A program made the position numbers and the translations under genes. DNA of 64,000 bases from Acidobacteriota bacterium (GTDB lineage: Bacteria > Acidobacteriota > UBA890 > WLXD01), in NCBI GenBank assembly GCA_963666215.2, contig CAXWPL010000003.1, positions 64,001 to 128,000 of the forward strand, in the 5' to 3' direction. Of the stretch, positions 9,025 to 18,547 are shown one piece after another. Under the pieces are notes generated by a model. The model did no database searches and was not told where the DNA came from. It was given only the letters and a program-made list of their open reading frames with translations. Within the stretch, counting starts at the first letter, position 1. Each line of letters begins with the position of its first letter.

Positions 9025-9840
9025 CTAGCGCAGGCGGCCCTCGAGAACCGTAATCGCCTGCCCGGCGATCGCCACGCGCTCACCCTCGAGCCGCATGCGA
9101 ACCACGCCGCCACGCAGGCTGGCTTGATAGCCGATGAGGTCGGTCTTCCCGAGCCGTTCCGCCCAGAACGGCGCCAGAGCCGTGTGAGCCGATCCGGTGA
9201 CGGGATCCTCGTCAACGCCCGATTGTGGAGCGAAGAAACGCGAGACGAAGTCGAGCCCCTCGATGCCGCTCTTGCCATCGGCGGCGGCGGTAACCCCAAC
9301 GCCACGGGCTTCGATCGCGCCCAGCTTGCGCAGGGTCGGCGACAGATCGCGCACCGCCTGCTCGGAGTCGAGCAGGACGTAAACGTCATCGACGTTGCGG
9401 CCGATCCACACCGGCTCCGCTCCAAGAGCCTCGGCAAGCAATGCCTCGGCCGAGCGGGCGGCGACCTCCAGCGGCGGACGCGCTGGAAAATCCATCTCGA
9501 TCCAGCCGGGCTCCTGTGCTCGCTGGCAGCCGAGTCGGCCGCTGCGGGTGTCGAACCGAATCTGGTCGCCCGCCTCCACCGTCCCGCTCTCCCACAAGAC
9601 GTGGGCGGCTGCCAGTGTTGCGTGGCCACAAAGATCGACCTCAGTCGACGGCGTGAACCACCGCAGCCCGAAAACGTTGGCGTCGTCGGTGTCGAGTACG
9701 AAGGCTGTTTCGGAGAGATTCATCTCCATCGCGACCGATTGCATCCAGTCGTCGCGCGGCTTCGAATCGAGCAGGCAAACAGCCGCTGGGTTGCCGACAA
9801 AGGGGCGGTCGGCGAAGGCATCGACTTGGTAGAGTTTCAC
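9025..9840 (-). CDS. PhzF-family (DAP-epimerase fold) isomerase
   Basis: QVDAF..GNPAAV, NLSETAF, RWFTPSTEVDLCGHATLA and EDPVTGSAH motifs. Confidence 0.93.
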   Translation of the reverse strand: MKLYQVDAFADRPFVGNPAAVCLLDSKPRDDWMQSVAMEMNLSETAFVLDTDDANVFGLRWFTPSTEVDLCGHATLAAAHVLWESGTVEAGDQIRFDTRSGRLGCQRAQEPGWIEMDFPARPPLEVAARSAEALLAEALGAEPVWIGRNVDDVYVLLDSEQAVRDLSPTLRKLGAIEARGVGVTAAADGKSGIEGLDFVSRFFAPQSGVDEDPVTGSAHTALAPFWAERLGKTDLIGYQASLRGGVVRMRLEGERVAIAGQAITVLEGRLR

Positions 9841-9921
9841 ACCGCCCTCGGGAACCGTCGACCGCTTGTGCCAAGCGCCTCATGACGTTCGACTTCGACT
9901 CGACTGAGGTAGGATGCCGCC

Positions 9922-10707
9922 ATGCGAAAGTTTCGATTCCTGCTGCTTATACCACTGCTCGCGGCCGCGCCGTATGCCGCTCCGGGAACTTCCTACGGCG
10001 CTGCTCTTCAAGAATCGGGCGCCCAAGAGAGTGCGCAGCAGGAGGGGGCAACGACCCCGCCCGCTGGCGACATCGGCGACGAGGGAGGAAGCCTCGAAAT
10101 CTTCGGGCGATGGCGATTTCTGCCGGAGCTCAGCCACGACGTTCAGGAACGCTTCCAGTTCCCGATGAAGCGCGACCGCCGCGACGAAGAAGATGCCCGC
10201 GCCGCCGGCGGCCGCGGTGGCGGGGCCGGCTCGAACGCTGGCTCTCGACAAGCAGGAGGCAGCAGCCAGAGCGCAGTCGGCGGCGGCGGCGGCGGCGGGC
10301 GGGGAGACGGTGGATTCGGTCGTAGGGTGCTGTTCGCTCGCACGAGCTTTACGCCGCAGACGATCGTGATCGAGCGTGAGGGCACAACTCTTCGTGTCCA
10401 GGAAGACGACCAGGTCCGCTCCATCGACACCTCCGGTGGCAAGATAAGAGAAGTCATGGGAGGCGGCCGCTGGGAGACGATCGGCAGCTACGAAGATGGC
10501 GTTCTGACCCTCCGCTCGACCATCGACATGGGCGGCGTTTCGCGATTCGGCTACCAGCTCGACCCCGAGACCGGGCACCTGATCACCACGCTGCGGGTGC
10601 ATCCGCGAGTCATGAGCCAGCCCTTCACGGTGCGTCGCGTCTATGAGCGGGACGAGTCGAGCGAACCCGCCGTCGAGACGCCTGAGCAGGCTCGCGACTC
10701 CAACTAG
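9922..10707 (+). CDS. Secreted hypothetical protein, lipocalin/FABP-like, paralogue 1
   Basis: Signal peptide, GRW motif, Gly-rich insert, C-terminal TVRRVYER. Highly similar to the next ORF. Confidence 0.75.
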   Translation: MRKFRFLLLIPLLAAAPYAAPGTSYGAALQESGAQESAQQEGATTPPAGDIGDEGGSLEIFGRWRFLPELSHDVQERFQFPMKRDRRDEEDARAAGGRGGGAGSNAGSRQAGGSSQSAVGGGGGGGRGDGGFGRRVLFARTSFTPQTIVIEREGTTLRVQEDDQVRSIDTSGGKIREVMGGGRWETIGSYEDGVLTLRSTIDMGGVSRFGYQLDPETGHLITTLRVHPRVMSQPFTVRRVYERDESSEPAVETPEQARDSN

Positions 10708-10773
10708 GGCCGACTCTCGACCGAGCTCGAGAGCGAGTGCCTCCACGCAGTTTGGCTGAGGTACGATGCCAGC

Positions 10774-11688
10774 ATGCGGAAGTATGGCGCCTTCACATTG
10801 ATCGTCGTCTTGGCCAGCGCTCTCTCGTTGGTCGCGATTCCCGTCACCCGCGCGAGCGGGCAAGCCGAGCGTGGTTCGCCGGCGCAAGCAACTGCGGCGC
10901 CCAGCAGCAACGACGGCGATGCGCCCACAATCGTTGGCCAATGGCAGCTACTGCCTGGCCTGAGCCACGACGCCTGGAAGCGTTACCGGTTCGCGGTCAA
11001 ACGCGAACGCAGCCGGGCCAAATCCGCCGCCGCGAGCGGCGGCGATGGTGATGACGATGGCGATGGCGATGGCGATGGCGATGGCGGCGATACCGACCGC
11101 TCGTCGCGAAATGCCCCGCGCATTGGAGTGTTGGGCGGCCGAGCAGCCTGGAGGAAATTGCCGAACGACCGTACCGGGATTCGTGGTGGCGGCGGCAGCA
11201 AGAGCGGCGACGGCGGACACGGTCGTGGCCAGCTATTCGCGCGCGCCGGATTCACTCCGCAGTCCGTCGTGATCGAGCGGGAAGGCACGACGTTCCACAT
11301 CCACGAGGACGACCAGAGCCGTTCGATCGACACCGAGTCCATTCGGTTCGATGAGCCCATGGGCAACGGCCGCTGGGAAACCAGCGGCAACTATCGCGAC
11401 GGGCTCCTCACAGTCCGTTCCTGGATCAACCTCGGCGGGAATGCGCGGTTCGGCTACCGTCTCGACGCAGAGAGCGGCCATCTGATCATGACCCTACGCC
11501 TGCAACCTCGCACGGCTGCCGCTCATTTCACGGTGCGGCGCGTATACGAACGTGTGGAGGGCGCCGCGGAGGTCCCGACCTCACAGGCCGGCGAGCACGC
11601 ACCCGCGCGCCCGAGCGACCAAGCTGGGCAGGACCGACCGGCCGAGCGAAGCGCGCCGGCCAACGGCGACTGGCGGTACACGAAGTAA
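10774..11688 (+). CDS. Secreted hypothetical protein, lipocalin/FABP-like, paralogue 2
   Basis: Shares LSHD, LFAR.xFTPQ, VIEREGTT, EDDQ.RSIDT, GRWET.G.Y.DG, RFGY.LD.E.GHLI and TVRRVYER with paralogue 1. Confidence 0.75.
   Translation: MRKYGAFTLIVVLASALSLVAIPVTRASGQAERGSPAQATAAPSSNDGDAPTIVGQWQLLPGLSHDAWKRYRFAVKRERSRAKSAAASGGDGDDDGDGDGDGDGGDTDRSSRNAPRIGVLGGRAAWRKLPNDRTGIRGGGGSKSGDGGHGRGQLFARAGFTPQSVVIEREGTTFHIHEDDQSRSIDTESIRFDEPMGNGRWETSGNYRDGLLTVRSWINLGGNARFGYRLDAESGHLIMTLRLQPRTAAAHFTVRRVYERVEGAAEVPTSQAGEHAPARPSDQAGQDRPAERSAPANGDWRYTK
11041..11091 (+). repeat. Coding (GGCGAT)n repeat encoding a Gly-Asp tract
   Basis: Four perfect GGCGAT copies at 11059-11082 with degenerate flanks; encodes GDGDDDGDGDGDGDGGD. 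Confidence 0.9.
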
Positions 11689-11734
11689 TCTACGTAGCCA
11701 ACGCCGCCGTCTCTGAAGGGTTGGAGAAGCCCCC

Positions 11735-13342
11735 ATGGAACCCATCGCCTGCACGTTCGACGTCGACTCTGACGAGGGGCGAAGCAACGCCGAGTTCCAT
11801 CGCGGCCTGGCGGAAGATCTTCGTGAGGCGTTGCGCCGCGCGGGGCAAGGCGGTGGCGCGAAATACCTCGAGCGCCATCGTGACAAGGGCAAGCTCTTCG
11901 TGCGCGACCGCGTTGAACGACTCCTGGACCCGGGCAGTCCCTTTCTCGAGCTGTCGCCGCTGGCTGCCCACGGCCTGTACGACGACCGCGCCCCCGGAGC
12001 CGGCCTGGTTACCGGCATCGGCTCGGTTCACGGCCAGGAAGTGATGATCGTCGCCAACGACGCGACGGTGAAGGGCGGCACCTACTACCCGCTGACCGTC
12101 AAGAAACACCTGCGTGCTCAGCAGGTAGCCCTCGAGAACAATCTGCCTTGCATCTACCTGGTCGACTCCGGTGGCGCCTTTCTGCCGTTGCAGGCCGAGG
12201 TCTTCCCCGATCGTGAGCACTTCGGCCGCATCTTCTACAACCAAGCCCGCATGAGCGCGGCGCGCATACCCCAGATTGCGGTGGTCCTGGGAAGCTGCAC
12301 CGCCGGTGGTGCCTACGTCCCGGCGATGAGCGACGAGGTGGTCATCGTGCGCAATCAGGGCACGATCTTCCTCGGCGGTCCACCGCTCGTGAAAGCGGCA
12401 ACCGGTGAGGAAATCAGCGCCGAGGAGCTCGGCGGCGGCGACGTCCATGCACGCAAGAGCGGCGTGGCTGACCACCTGGCCGCCAACGACAATGAGGCTC
12501 TGCGCATAGCCCGCGACATCGTGCAAAACCTGAACCGCACCAAGAACATCAACGCCGACCTGGCCGAGGCGGAAGAGCCGCTGTTTCCGGCAGACGATCT
12601 GTACGCCCTGCTGCCTCGCCAGCTCAGCCGGCCCTACGATTCGCGCGAGGTCATCGCTCGTCTTGTTGATGGCTCTCGGATGCATGAGTTCAAGTCGCGC
12701 TACGCAACGACGTTGGTTACTGGATTCGCGCGCATCCACGGCTTTCCCGTGGGAATCTTGGCCAACAATGGCGTGCTGTTTTCCGAGAGCGCGCTCAAGG
12801 CGACCCATTTCATCGAGATGTGCGACCTGCGGCGCATTCCACTGCTGTTCCTGCAGAACATCACCGGCTTCATGGTCGGCGGCGACTACGAGGCCGGCGG
12901 CATTGCCAAGGACGGCGCCAAGATGGTCCACGCAGTGGCCAACGCCACCGTCCCGAAGCTCACTGTTATCGTCGGCGGCTCCTTCGGCGCCGGCAACTAC
13001 GGCATGTGCGGCCGAGGTTACGACCCCCGGTTGCTGTTTGCTTGGCCCAACGCGCGGATATCGGTGATGGGTGGCGAGCAAGCTGCGATGGTGCTCGCAC
13101 AGGTCAAGCGCGATCAGTTCGAACGCGAGGGCAGGGCGTGGAGCGACGAGGACGAGGCGGCTTTCAAGCAGCCGATCCTCGACAAGTACGAGGCCGAGGG
13201 GCACCCCTACTACGCCACGGCTCGCCTATGGGACGACGGCATCATCGACCCCGCGCAAACACGCGACGCGCTCGGCCTGGCGATTTCGGCCACCTACAAC
13301 GCACCCATGGCGGAGCCGCGGATGGGCGTGTTCCGCATGTAG
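11735..13342 (+). CDS. liuB: 3-methylcrotonyl-CoA carboxylase, carboxyltransferase (beta) subunit
   Basis: [50 protein letters not shown] and terminal GVFRM. Confidence 0.93.
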   Translation: MEPIACTFDVDSDEGRSNAEFHRGLAEDLREALRRAGQGGGAKYLERHRDKGKLFVRDRVERLLDPGSPFLELSPLAAHGLYDDRAPGAGLVTGIGSVHGQEVMIVANDATVKGGTYYPLTVKKHLRAQQVALENNLPCIYLVDSGGAFLPLQAEVFPDREHFGRIFYNQARMSAARIPQIAVVLGSCTAGGAYVPAMSDEVVIVRNQGTIFLGGPPLVKAATGEEISAEELGGGDVHARKSGVADHLAANDNEALRIARDIVQNLNRTKNINADLAEAEEPLFPADDLYALLPRQLSRPYDSREVIARLVDGSRMHEFKSRYATTLVTGFARIHGFPVGILANNGVLFSESALKATHFIEMCDLRRIPLLFLQNITGFMVGGDYEAGGIAKDGAKMVHAVANATVPKLTVIVGGSFGAGNYGMCGRGYDPRLLFAWPNARISVMGGEQAAMVLAQVKRDQFEREGRAWSDEDEAAFKQPILDKYEAEGHPYYATARLWDDGIIDPAQTRDALGLAISATYNAPMAEPRMGVFRM

Positions 13343-13450
13343 TCTCTGGCCGCGTGGCGTCACGCGCTCAGCCTTCAGCCAGGAGCCCGCGTGGCGGCCA
13401 CCACGCCTCCGCGGCCAAGACGAGAGATCAGGACCAAGATCAACAACCCC

Positions 13451-14323
13451 ATGACCGAAACCCGCGCAGATGAATCCGGCCGGGCCGCCGATGGAGCCAA
13501 AGCGACCGATGGAGCCCATGCCGCCGACAGGGCTGACGCCCTGAAGACTCTCCGCCTCGAACGCAGCGGCGCTGTGCTGTCGGTGGTGCTGAACAGGCCG
13601 CACGTCCACGACGTGTTCGACGACGTCATGATCGGCGAGCTGACGCGGGTCTTCCGCAGCGCCGCCACCGACCAAGAGGACGCTCGGGTGATCGTCCTGC
13701 GCTCCGCTGGCAAGCACTTCTGTGCCGGCGCCGACCTGAACTGGATGCGGCGCATGGCCGACTATTCGGAAGACGAGAACCGCGAAGATGCGCGGGCGCT
13801 CGAGGCGATGTTTCGTGCGATCGCCACCTGTCCGAAGCCGGTCGTCGTACGCGTGCAGGGAGCGGCGCTGGGTGGAGGCTCCGGTCTCGTCGCCGCAGCC
13901 GACATCGCCGTCGCTTCGACTCGCGCCAGCTTCGCCTTTACCGAAGCCCGCCTCGGAATCCTCCCGGCGATGATCGGACCCTATGTCCTGCGCAAGCTCC
14001 ATCCTGGGCAAGCACAGGCGCTGTTCTTGACGGGCAGTCGGTTCCGCGCCGATCGCGCTCTACAGATTGGCCTGGTGCAACAGGTTGTCGAGCCCGACGA
14101 CCTCGACGAAGCCGTGGACGTGGTCGTTAACGAGCTGCTGGCGTGCAGCCCCGAGGCTCAGGCCCGCATCAAGCGTCTGGTCCCGGCGATCGCGCACGCA
14201 GCTCTAGAACAGGCGGCGTCGGCGACCGTCGACGAGATCACCCAAGCGCGCGCCAGCCGCGATGGCAAGGAAGGCATGGCTGCTTTCCTGGAAAAGCGGC
14301 CGGCGCCGTGGACAGTGGACTAG
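13451..14323 (+). CDS. liuC: Enoyl-CoA hydratase, probably methylglutaconyl-CoA hydratase
   Basis: FCAGADLNWM, GAALGGGSGL, EARLGILPA and EGMAAFLEKR motifs; lies between the MCC subunit genes. Confidence 0.85.
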   Translation: MTETRADESGRAADGAKATDGAHAADRADALKTLRLERSGAVLSVVLNRPHVHDVFDDVMIGELTRVFRSAATDQEDARVIVLRSAGKHFCAGADLNWMRRMADYSEDENREDARALEAMFRAIATCPKPVVVRVQGAALGGGSGLVAAADIAVASTRASFAFTEARLGILPAMIGPYVLRKLHPGQAQALFLTGSRFRADRALQIGLVQQVVEPDDLDEAVDVVVNELLACSPEAQARIKRLVPAIAHAALEQAASATVDEITQARASRDGKEGMAAFLEKRPAPWTVD

Positions 14324-16005
14324 TGGATATCGGATCGCCGTTGCCTTCACCGAGCACACCTACCCTTCCCGCCCGCCTCTTCATCGCCAACCGCGGCGAG
14401 ATCGCGGTGCGGATTGCAAGCACTTGTCGCGTTCTTGGGGTCCGCTCGGTGGCCTCCTTCACCGCGGCCGACCGGGAAGGCTTACACGTTGCCGCCGCCG
14501 ACGAGTCGGTGGAGATCGACAGTTACGTCGACGCCCAGGCCTTGGCCGCCACGGCGCGCGCTCGAGGCTGCGACGCCGTACATCCCGGCTATGGCTTCCT
14601 GTCCGAGAACCCCGCCTTCGCGCTCGCGGTTGTCGAGGCCGGACTGACCTTCGTCGGGCCGCCTGTCGAGGCAATGCGGGTGATGGGCAGCAAAACCCGC
14701 GCCCGAGCGGCGATGCGGGCTGCCGGCGTTCCCGTGGTGCCGGGGTCCGATCCTGTAGAGCTCGCCGGCTCGGCAGGCGCTCCCGGCACCGCTCGCCCAA
14801 CAGGGGCGAAGAGCGCCAAGTTGAAGAACCCTGGGTACAGCGGCGACGAAGGCCTCGCGCACCTGCAATCAACGGCAAGAGAGCTCGGCTATCCCGTGCT
14901 GATCAAGGCAGTTTCCGGCGGCGGCGGAAAAGGAATGTCGCGTGTCGACCAGGCCAGCGACCTGGCGCGCCTCGCTGCCCAAGCAGCCGACGAAGCAAAA
15001 CGCTGGTTTGGCGACGGCCGCGTTTACGTCGAGCGGCTCATCGAAAGGCCCCGGCATATCGAAATCCAGATCTTCGGCGATTCGCACGGCAACTGCGTGG
15101 CACTGGGTGAACGCGAGTGCTCCATTCAGCGCCGGCACCAGAAGATCGTGGAGGAAACGCCCTCTCCGATCGTTGATGACGATCTCCGAAGCCAGATGTC
15201 CGCGGCCGCCGTCGCCGCCGGCATTGCCGTCGGCTACCAGGGAGCCGGCACCGTCGAGTTTCTCCTTGAGACAGCGCTCGCTGACGATCCAGCCCAGGCG
15301 GCCACACCTCACTTCTACTTCCTCGAGATGAACACGCGGCTGCAAGTGGAACACCCCGTCACCGAGTGGGTTACGGGTCTCGACCTCGTGCGACTTCAGC
15401 TCGAGGTCGCCAGTGGAAGCGAGCTGTCGCTGGCAGCGCGCAACCCGACCTTTCGTGGTCACTCGGTGGAGTGCCGCATCTACGCCGAAGACCCCGCCAT
15501 CGGATTCCTGCCGCAGACCGGCACAATCCTCGTGCTGCGTGAGCCGGCTGGCCCCGGAGTGCGCGTTGACTCGGCCCTCGTCCAGGGCCAAGCCATCGGC
15601 ATCGACTTCGACCCTCTACTTGCAAAAATCTCCACCTGGGGCCACGACCGCGAAGAGGCCCGCCTACGGATGCTCGACGCGCTGCGCAACACCGTGATCT
15701 TGGGCGTGCGCACGAACGTCGATCACCTGCAGGACCTCGTGTCCCATCCGGCATTCGTCGCGGGACACTTGTCGACAGAGTTTCTGTTCGAGCACATGGC
15801 GCACTGGCCACCGCCGCAGCCCGAGGCGCCGCTGGCAGCGCTGCTCGCCGCCGCCGCGCTGGCCGGCCGCACCCATCGAGCCAGCAGTCGAACGGTCGCG
15901 ACCGAGGGACCTGGAAGCAAGGACGGCAATCACGATTCCGATCCGTGGCGCGCGCGTGCGCTCGAGGGCTTCCGGATCGGCGGCACATCTGGAGCCGACC
16001 CGTGA
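14323..16005 (+). CDS. liuD: Biotin carboxylase domain of MCC alpha subunit (no biotinyl domain)
   Basis: ANRGEIA, HPGYGFLSEN, GGGGKGM, ERECSIQRRHQK and FLEMNTRLQVEHPVTE. GTG 14323 overlaps the liuC TAG. Confidence 0.88.
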   Translation: MDIGSPLPSPSTPTLPARLFIANRGEIAVRIASTCRVLGVRSVASFTAADREGLHVAAADESVEIDSYVDAQALAATARARGCDAVHPGYGFLSENPAFALAVVEAGLTFVGPPVEAMRVMGSKTRARAAMRAAGVPVVPGSDPVELAGSAGAPGTARPTGAKSAKLKNPGYSGDEGLAHLQSTARELGYPVLIKAVSGGGGKGMSRVDQASDLARLAAQAADEAKRWFGDGRVYVERLIERPRHIEIQIFGDSHGNCVALGERECSIQRRHQKIVEETPSPIVDDDLRSQMSAAAVAAGIAVGYQGAGTVEFLLETALADDPAQAATPHFYFLEMNTRLQVEHPVTEWVTGLDLVRLQLEVASGSELSLAARNPTFRGHSVECRIYAEDPAIGFLPQTGTILVLREPAGPGVRVDSALVQGQAIGIDFDPLLAKISTWGHDREEARLRMLDALRNTVILGVRTNVDHLQDLVSHPAFVAGHLSTEFLFEHMAHWPPPQPEAPLAALLAAAALAGRTHRASSRTVATEGPGSKDGNHDSDPWRARALEGFRIGGTSGADP

Positions 16006-16610
16006 GTGCACGCTACACGCTTCGTGGCCGCGCGATCAGCGGCCGTGTGGACCGAGACCCCGACGGCGCGGCGACCCATGTGGAGCTCGACGCCAGCATT
16101 GAACCCGGCGCCGATACAGATGCCGGCGGCGACGGCGAAGACCAGGGTGTGAGCTCCTCGGACGCCGGAGCTGCGGCCAATCGATCGCAGACCTTTCGTA
16201 TTGTTCCGCTGGGCGATGGATCGACCCTATTTGTCGGCGAGCGGAATCAACCCGGCGACGATCCTCGAAGCCATCGCGTTTTCGTCGTGCGCGACGGGCG
16301 CGACGTTTGGGTCCATCTCGACGGCAGGGTTCACGTACTCGAGCACGCGTCGGCGTCCGCCGTCGAAGCAGAGCCGGGTGCGCTCACCGCAGCGATCCCG
16401 GGGAAGGTCGATGATGTGCTCGTCGTGCCTGGTGCCATCGTCTCCAAAGGCGACGTGCTGCTGGTGCTGTCGGCGATGAAGATGCAGCTCGAGATCAAGG
16501 CGCCGCACGATGGGCGCGTAGGCGACATCCACTTCGCGCCGGGCGACCGGGTCGACGCCGGGGAGCTCCTGTTGACTGTCGAGACCGTCGACGAAGCGAC
16601 GAGCTCCTAG
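16002..16610 (+). CDS. Separate biotin carboxyl carrier protein (BT-like region plus biotinyl domain)
   Basis: SAMKMQ biotinylation motif; GTGA start/stop overlap with the biotin carboxylase. Confidence 0.85.
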   Translation: MSARYTLRGRAISGRVDRDPDGAATHVELDASIEPGADTDAGGDGEDQGVSSSDAGAAANRSQTFRIVPLGDGSTLFVGERNQPGDDPRSHRVFVVRDGRDVWVHLDGRVHVLEHASASAVEAEPGALTAAIPGKVDDVLVVPGAIVSKGDVLLVLSAMKMQLEIKAPHDGRVGDIHFAPGDRVDAGELLLTVETVDEATSS

Positions 16611-16616
16611 CGACCG

Positions 16617-17543
16617 CTAGCAGGCCGCAGTCAGGGCCGGGCGGTAGCGCGGCCACAGCGCGGCGAGCGCGCGCGACGGCAGCTCCAGGTCCAAGGCACG
16701 CGACAACGCCGCGCTTGCCTCGACCACAGCGACGAGATCGACGCCGGTCGTGATGTCGAGCCGATCGAGCAAGCTCAACAGGTCCTCCGTGGCGAGGTTG
16801 CCGCTCGCCCCGGGGGCATAAGGGCAACCGCCGAGACCGCCGGCGGAGCTGTCGAAGGTGGTAATTCCGGCCTCCAGGCCAGCCATGATGTTCGCCAGGC
16901 CGCGGCCGTAAGTGTCGTGCACATGCAGGGCGAGCTTGCTGAGATCGACGACGGCCGCCAGACGCCCGATCGTGTCCAGCACCTGAACCGGGTCGGCGAC
17001 GCCAATCGTGTCTCCCAGAGAGACCTCGGCGCAGCCGAGCGCGAACAGCCGCTCGGTGACCCGAAGAACGGCGTCGACCTCGACGTCCCCCTGGTAGGGG
17101 CAGCCGAAGACCACCGAGACGTAGCCGCGAACTCGTAGATTGGCCTCGAGCGCCCGCCGGATCACCGGCCGAAAGCGCTCGATCGACTCATCGATGGTGG
17201 CGTTGATGTTTCGTCGGTTGAAGGTCTCCGAGGCAGCCGTGAAGACCGCGATCTCTTCCACCCCGGCAGCCAACGCATGGTCGAGTCCAATCTCGTTGGG
17301 GACCAACACCGGGTAGCGCACGCCTTCGAGCCGTTTGATGCCACGCATGACCGCGCTGGCATCGTTGAGCTGAGGTACCCACTTGGGTGAAACAAAGCTC
17401 GTGGCTTCGACCGCTGGCAGGCCGCTCGCTGCGAGGGCGTTGATGAACGCGATTTTGGCGTGGGTCGGGATGAAACGGGGAAGATTCTGAAACCCGTCGC
17501 GTGGTCCAACCTCGTAGACCGTTACCCGCTTTGGTAGACGCAT
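16617..17543 (-). CDS. liuE: Hydroxymethylglutaryl-CoA lyase
   Basis: EVGPRDGFQN, SLGDTIG, LHVHDTYG and GGLGGCPYAPGASGNLATED. Confidence 0.95.
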   Translation of the reverse strand: MRLPKRVTVYEVGPRDGFQNLPRFIPTHAKIAFINALAASGLPAVEATSFVSPKWVPQLNDASAVMRGIKRLEGVRYPVLVPNEIGLDHALAAGVEEIAVFTAASETFNRRNINATIDESIERFRPVIRRALEANLRVRGYVSVVFGCPYQGDVEVDAVLRVTERLFALGCAEVSLGDTIGVADPVQVLDTIGRLAAVVDLSKLALHVHDTYGRGLANIMAGLEAGITTFDSSAGGLGGCPYAPGASGNLATEDLLSLLDRLDITTGVDLVAVVEASAALSRALDLELPSRALAALWPRYRPALTAAC

Positions 17544-17580
17544 CGAAGAAACTCGAATCAGGTGAGGAGAGCTACGCAGG

Positions 17581-17610
17581 ATTATCAACTAAACGTTTAG
17601 TTAGTACAAT
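17581..17610. promoter_or_regulatory. Superimposed divergent sigma70 promoters enclosing a perfect 16-bp palindrome (TetR operator)
   Basis: AACTAAACGTTTAGTT (17587-17602) is self-complementary. Minus strand: TTGTAC-N17-GATAAT. Plus strand: TTATCA-N17-TACAAT. Confidence 0.8.
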
Positions 17611-17697
17611 GGGGCGCGCGGTGTTCGGGCAACGAAACTGTCGCCCCTGCCGCCCTCCTGCCCCAATCTCACACCCCTGTGCTACGCTCCTCGCACC

Positions 17698-18393
17698 ATG
17701 CAACCATCCGTCCCGGCGCCGGCAGCGCAAGAACCTCGTACTCGCAGGGAGCCTGGATCGCGCAACACCGAGGCCACCCGCGACGCGCTGATGAGCTCCG
17801 CTACCGAGATCTTCGCGACTCACGGCTTTGAAGGCACGCGCATCAATCAGATTGCCGACAGCGCTGGCGTCAACAAGGCCATGATCAGCTACCACTTCGG
17901 TGGCAAGAAGGGGCTCTACACCGAGATCCTGGCCGCCACGTTCTCGGAGGCCCGGGAACGCTTCAGCCTGATCAGACAATCCGAAGCGTCCGCGGACGAG
18001 CGGCTACGCGAGTTCATCGAAACGTTCGCGTCGCTGGCAATGAAGCAACCGGCGCTGCCAATGATGGTGATGCGCGAGGCGCTCTCGGGAGGACTGCACG
18101 TCGACGAGCACCTCATGCCGCAATTCCTGGAGCTGTTCTCGCTGCTGCAGGAGATCATCGACCAGGGCGTCGAAGAGGGCTGCTTCGGAGCGTTCAACCC
18201 CTACATGACACACATCAGCCTGATCGGCAGCTTGGTCTTCTTCTTCGCCTTTCTGCCGCTGCGATCGCGCATCTCCGATGACAAGTACCCGGCGCCGATG
18301 CCGGAAATCCGCGAGTACGTTCGCCATCTGCAAAAGCTGATGAGCCGCGGCCTCTCCACCGGCGCACCCGTACCCGCACCCGAGCCCGCCTAG
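17698..18393 (+). CDS. TetR/AcrR-family transcriptional regulator
   Basis: HTH FATHGFEGTRINQIADSAGVNKAMISYHFGGKKGLY; divergent from liuE. Confidence 0.93.
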   Translation: MQPSVPAPAAQEPRTRREPGSRNTEATRDALMSSATEIFATHGFEGTRINQIADSAGVNKAMISYHFGGKKGLYTEILAATFSEARERFSLIRQSEASADERLREFIETFASLAMKQPALPMMVMREALSGGLHVDEHLMPQFLELFSLLQEIIDQGVEEGCFGAFNPYMTHISLIGSLVFFFAFLPLRSRISDDKYPAPMPEIREYVRHLQKLMSRGLSTGAPVPAPEPA

Positions 18394-18547
18394 CAGCAAC
18401 CACTCTGGGCGATCGGTACGGCACCGTGCGGGATCAGACTGGGAGTCTGACCTGGGTTTCTCTGCTCCCGACCTAGACCGGCCTCTACCCCCGCCAAACC
18501 TCTAGCGGGTGGGACTCACATCCAGCCGTCCGCGCCGCTAGGGGCCG

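Noticed and set aside
9025-9840. Phenazine biosynthesis cluster
   Set aside because: A lone PhzF-family gene with no other phz genes.
11690-13204. Long antisense ORFs, for example 11690..13204 (minus), 32421..33905 (minus), 40958..42733 (minus) and 29378..30667 (plus)
   Set aside because: These are shadow frames of well-supported genes, expected from high-GC codon bias, and have no recognisable motifs.
18434-18450. Intrinsic terminator TCAGACT-GGG-AGTCTGA between tetR and the VPS10-like gene
   Set aside because: The stem is short, the loop is 3 nt and there is no adjacent U-tract, so it is too weak to call.
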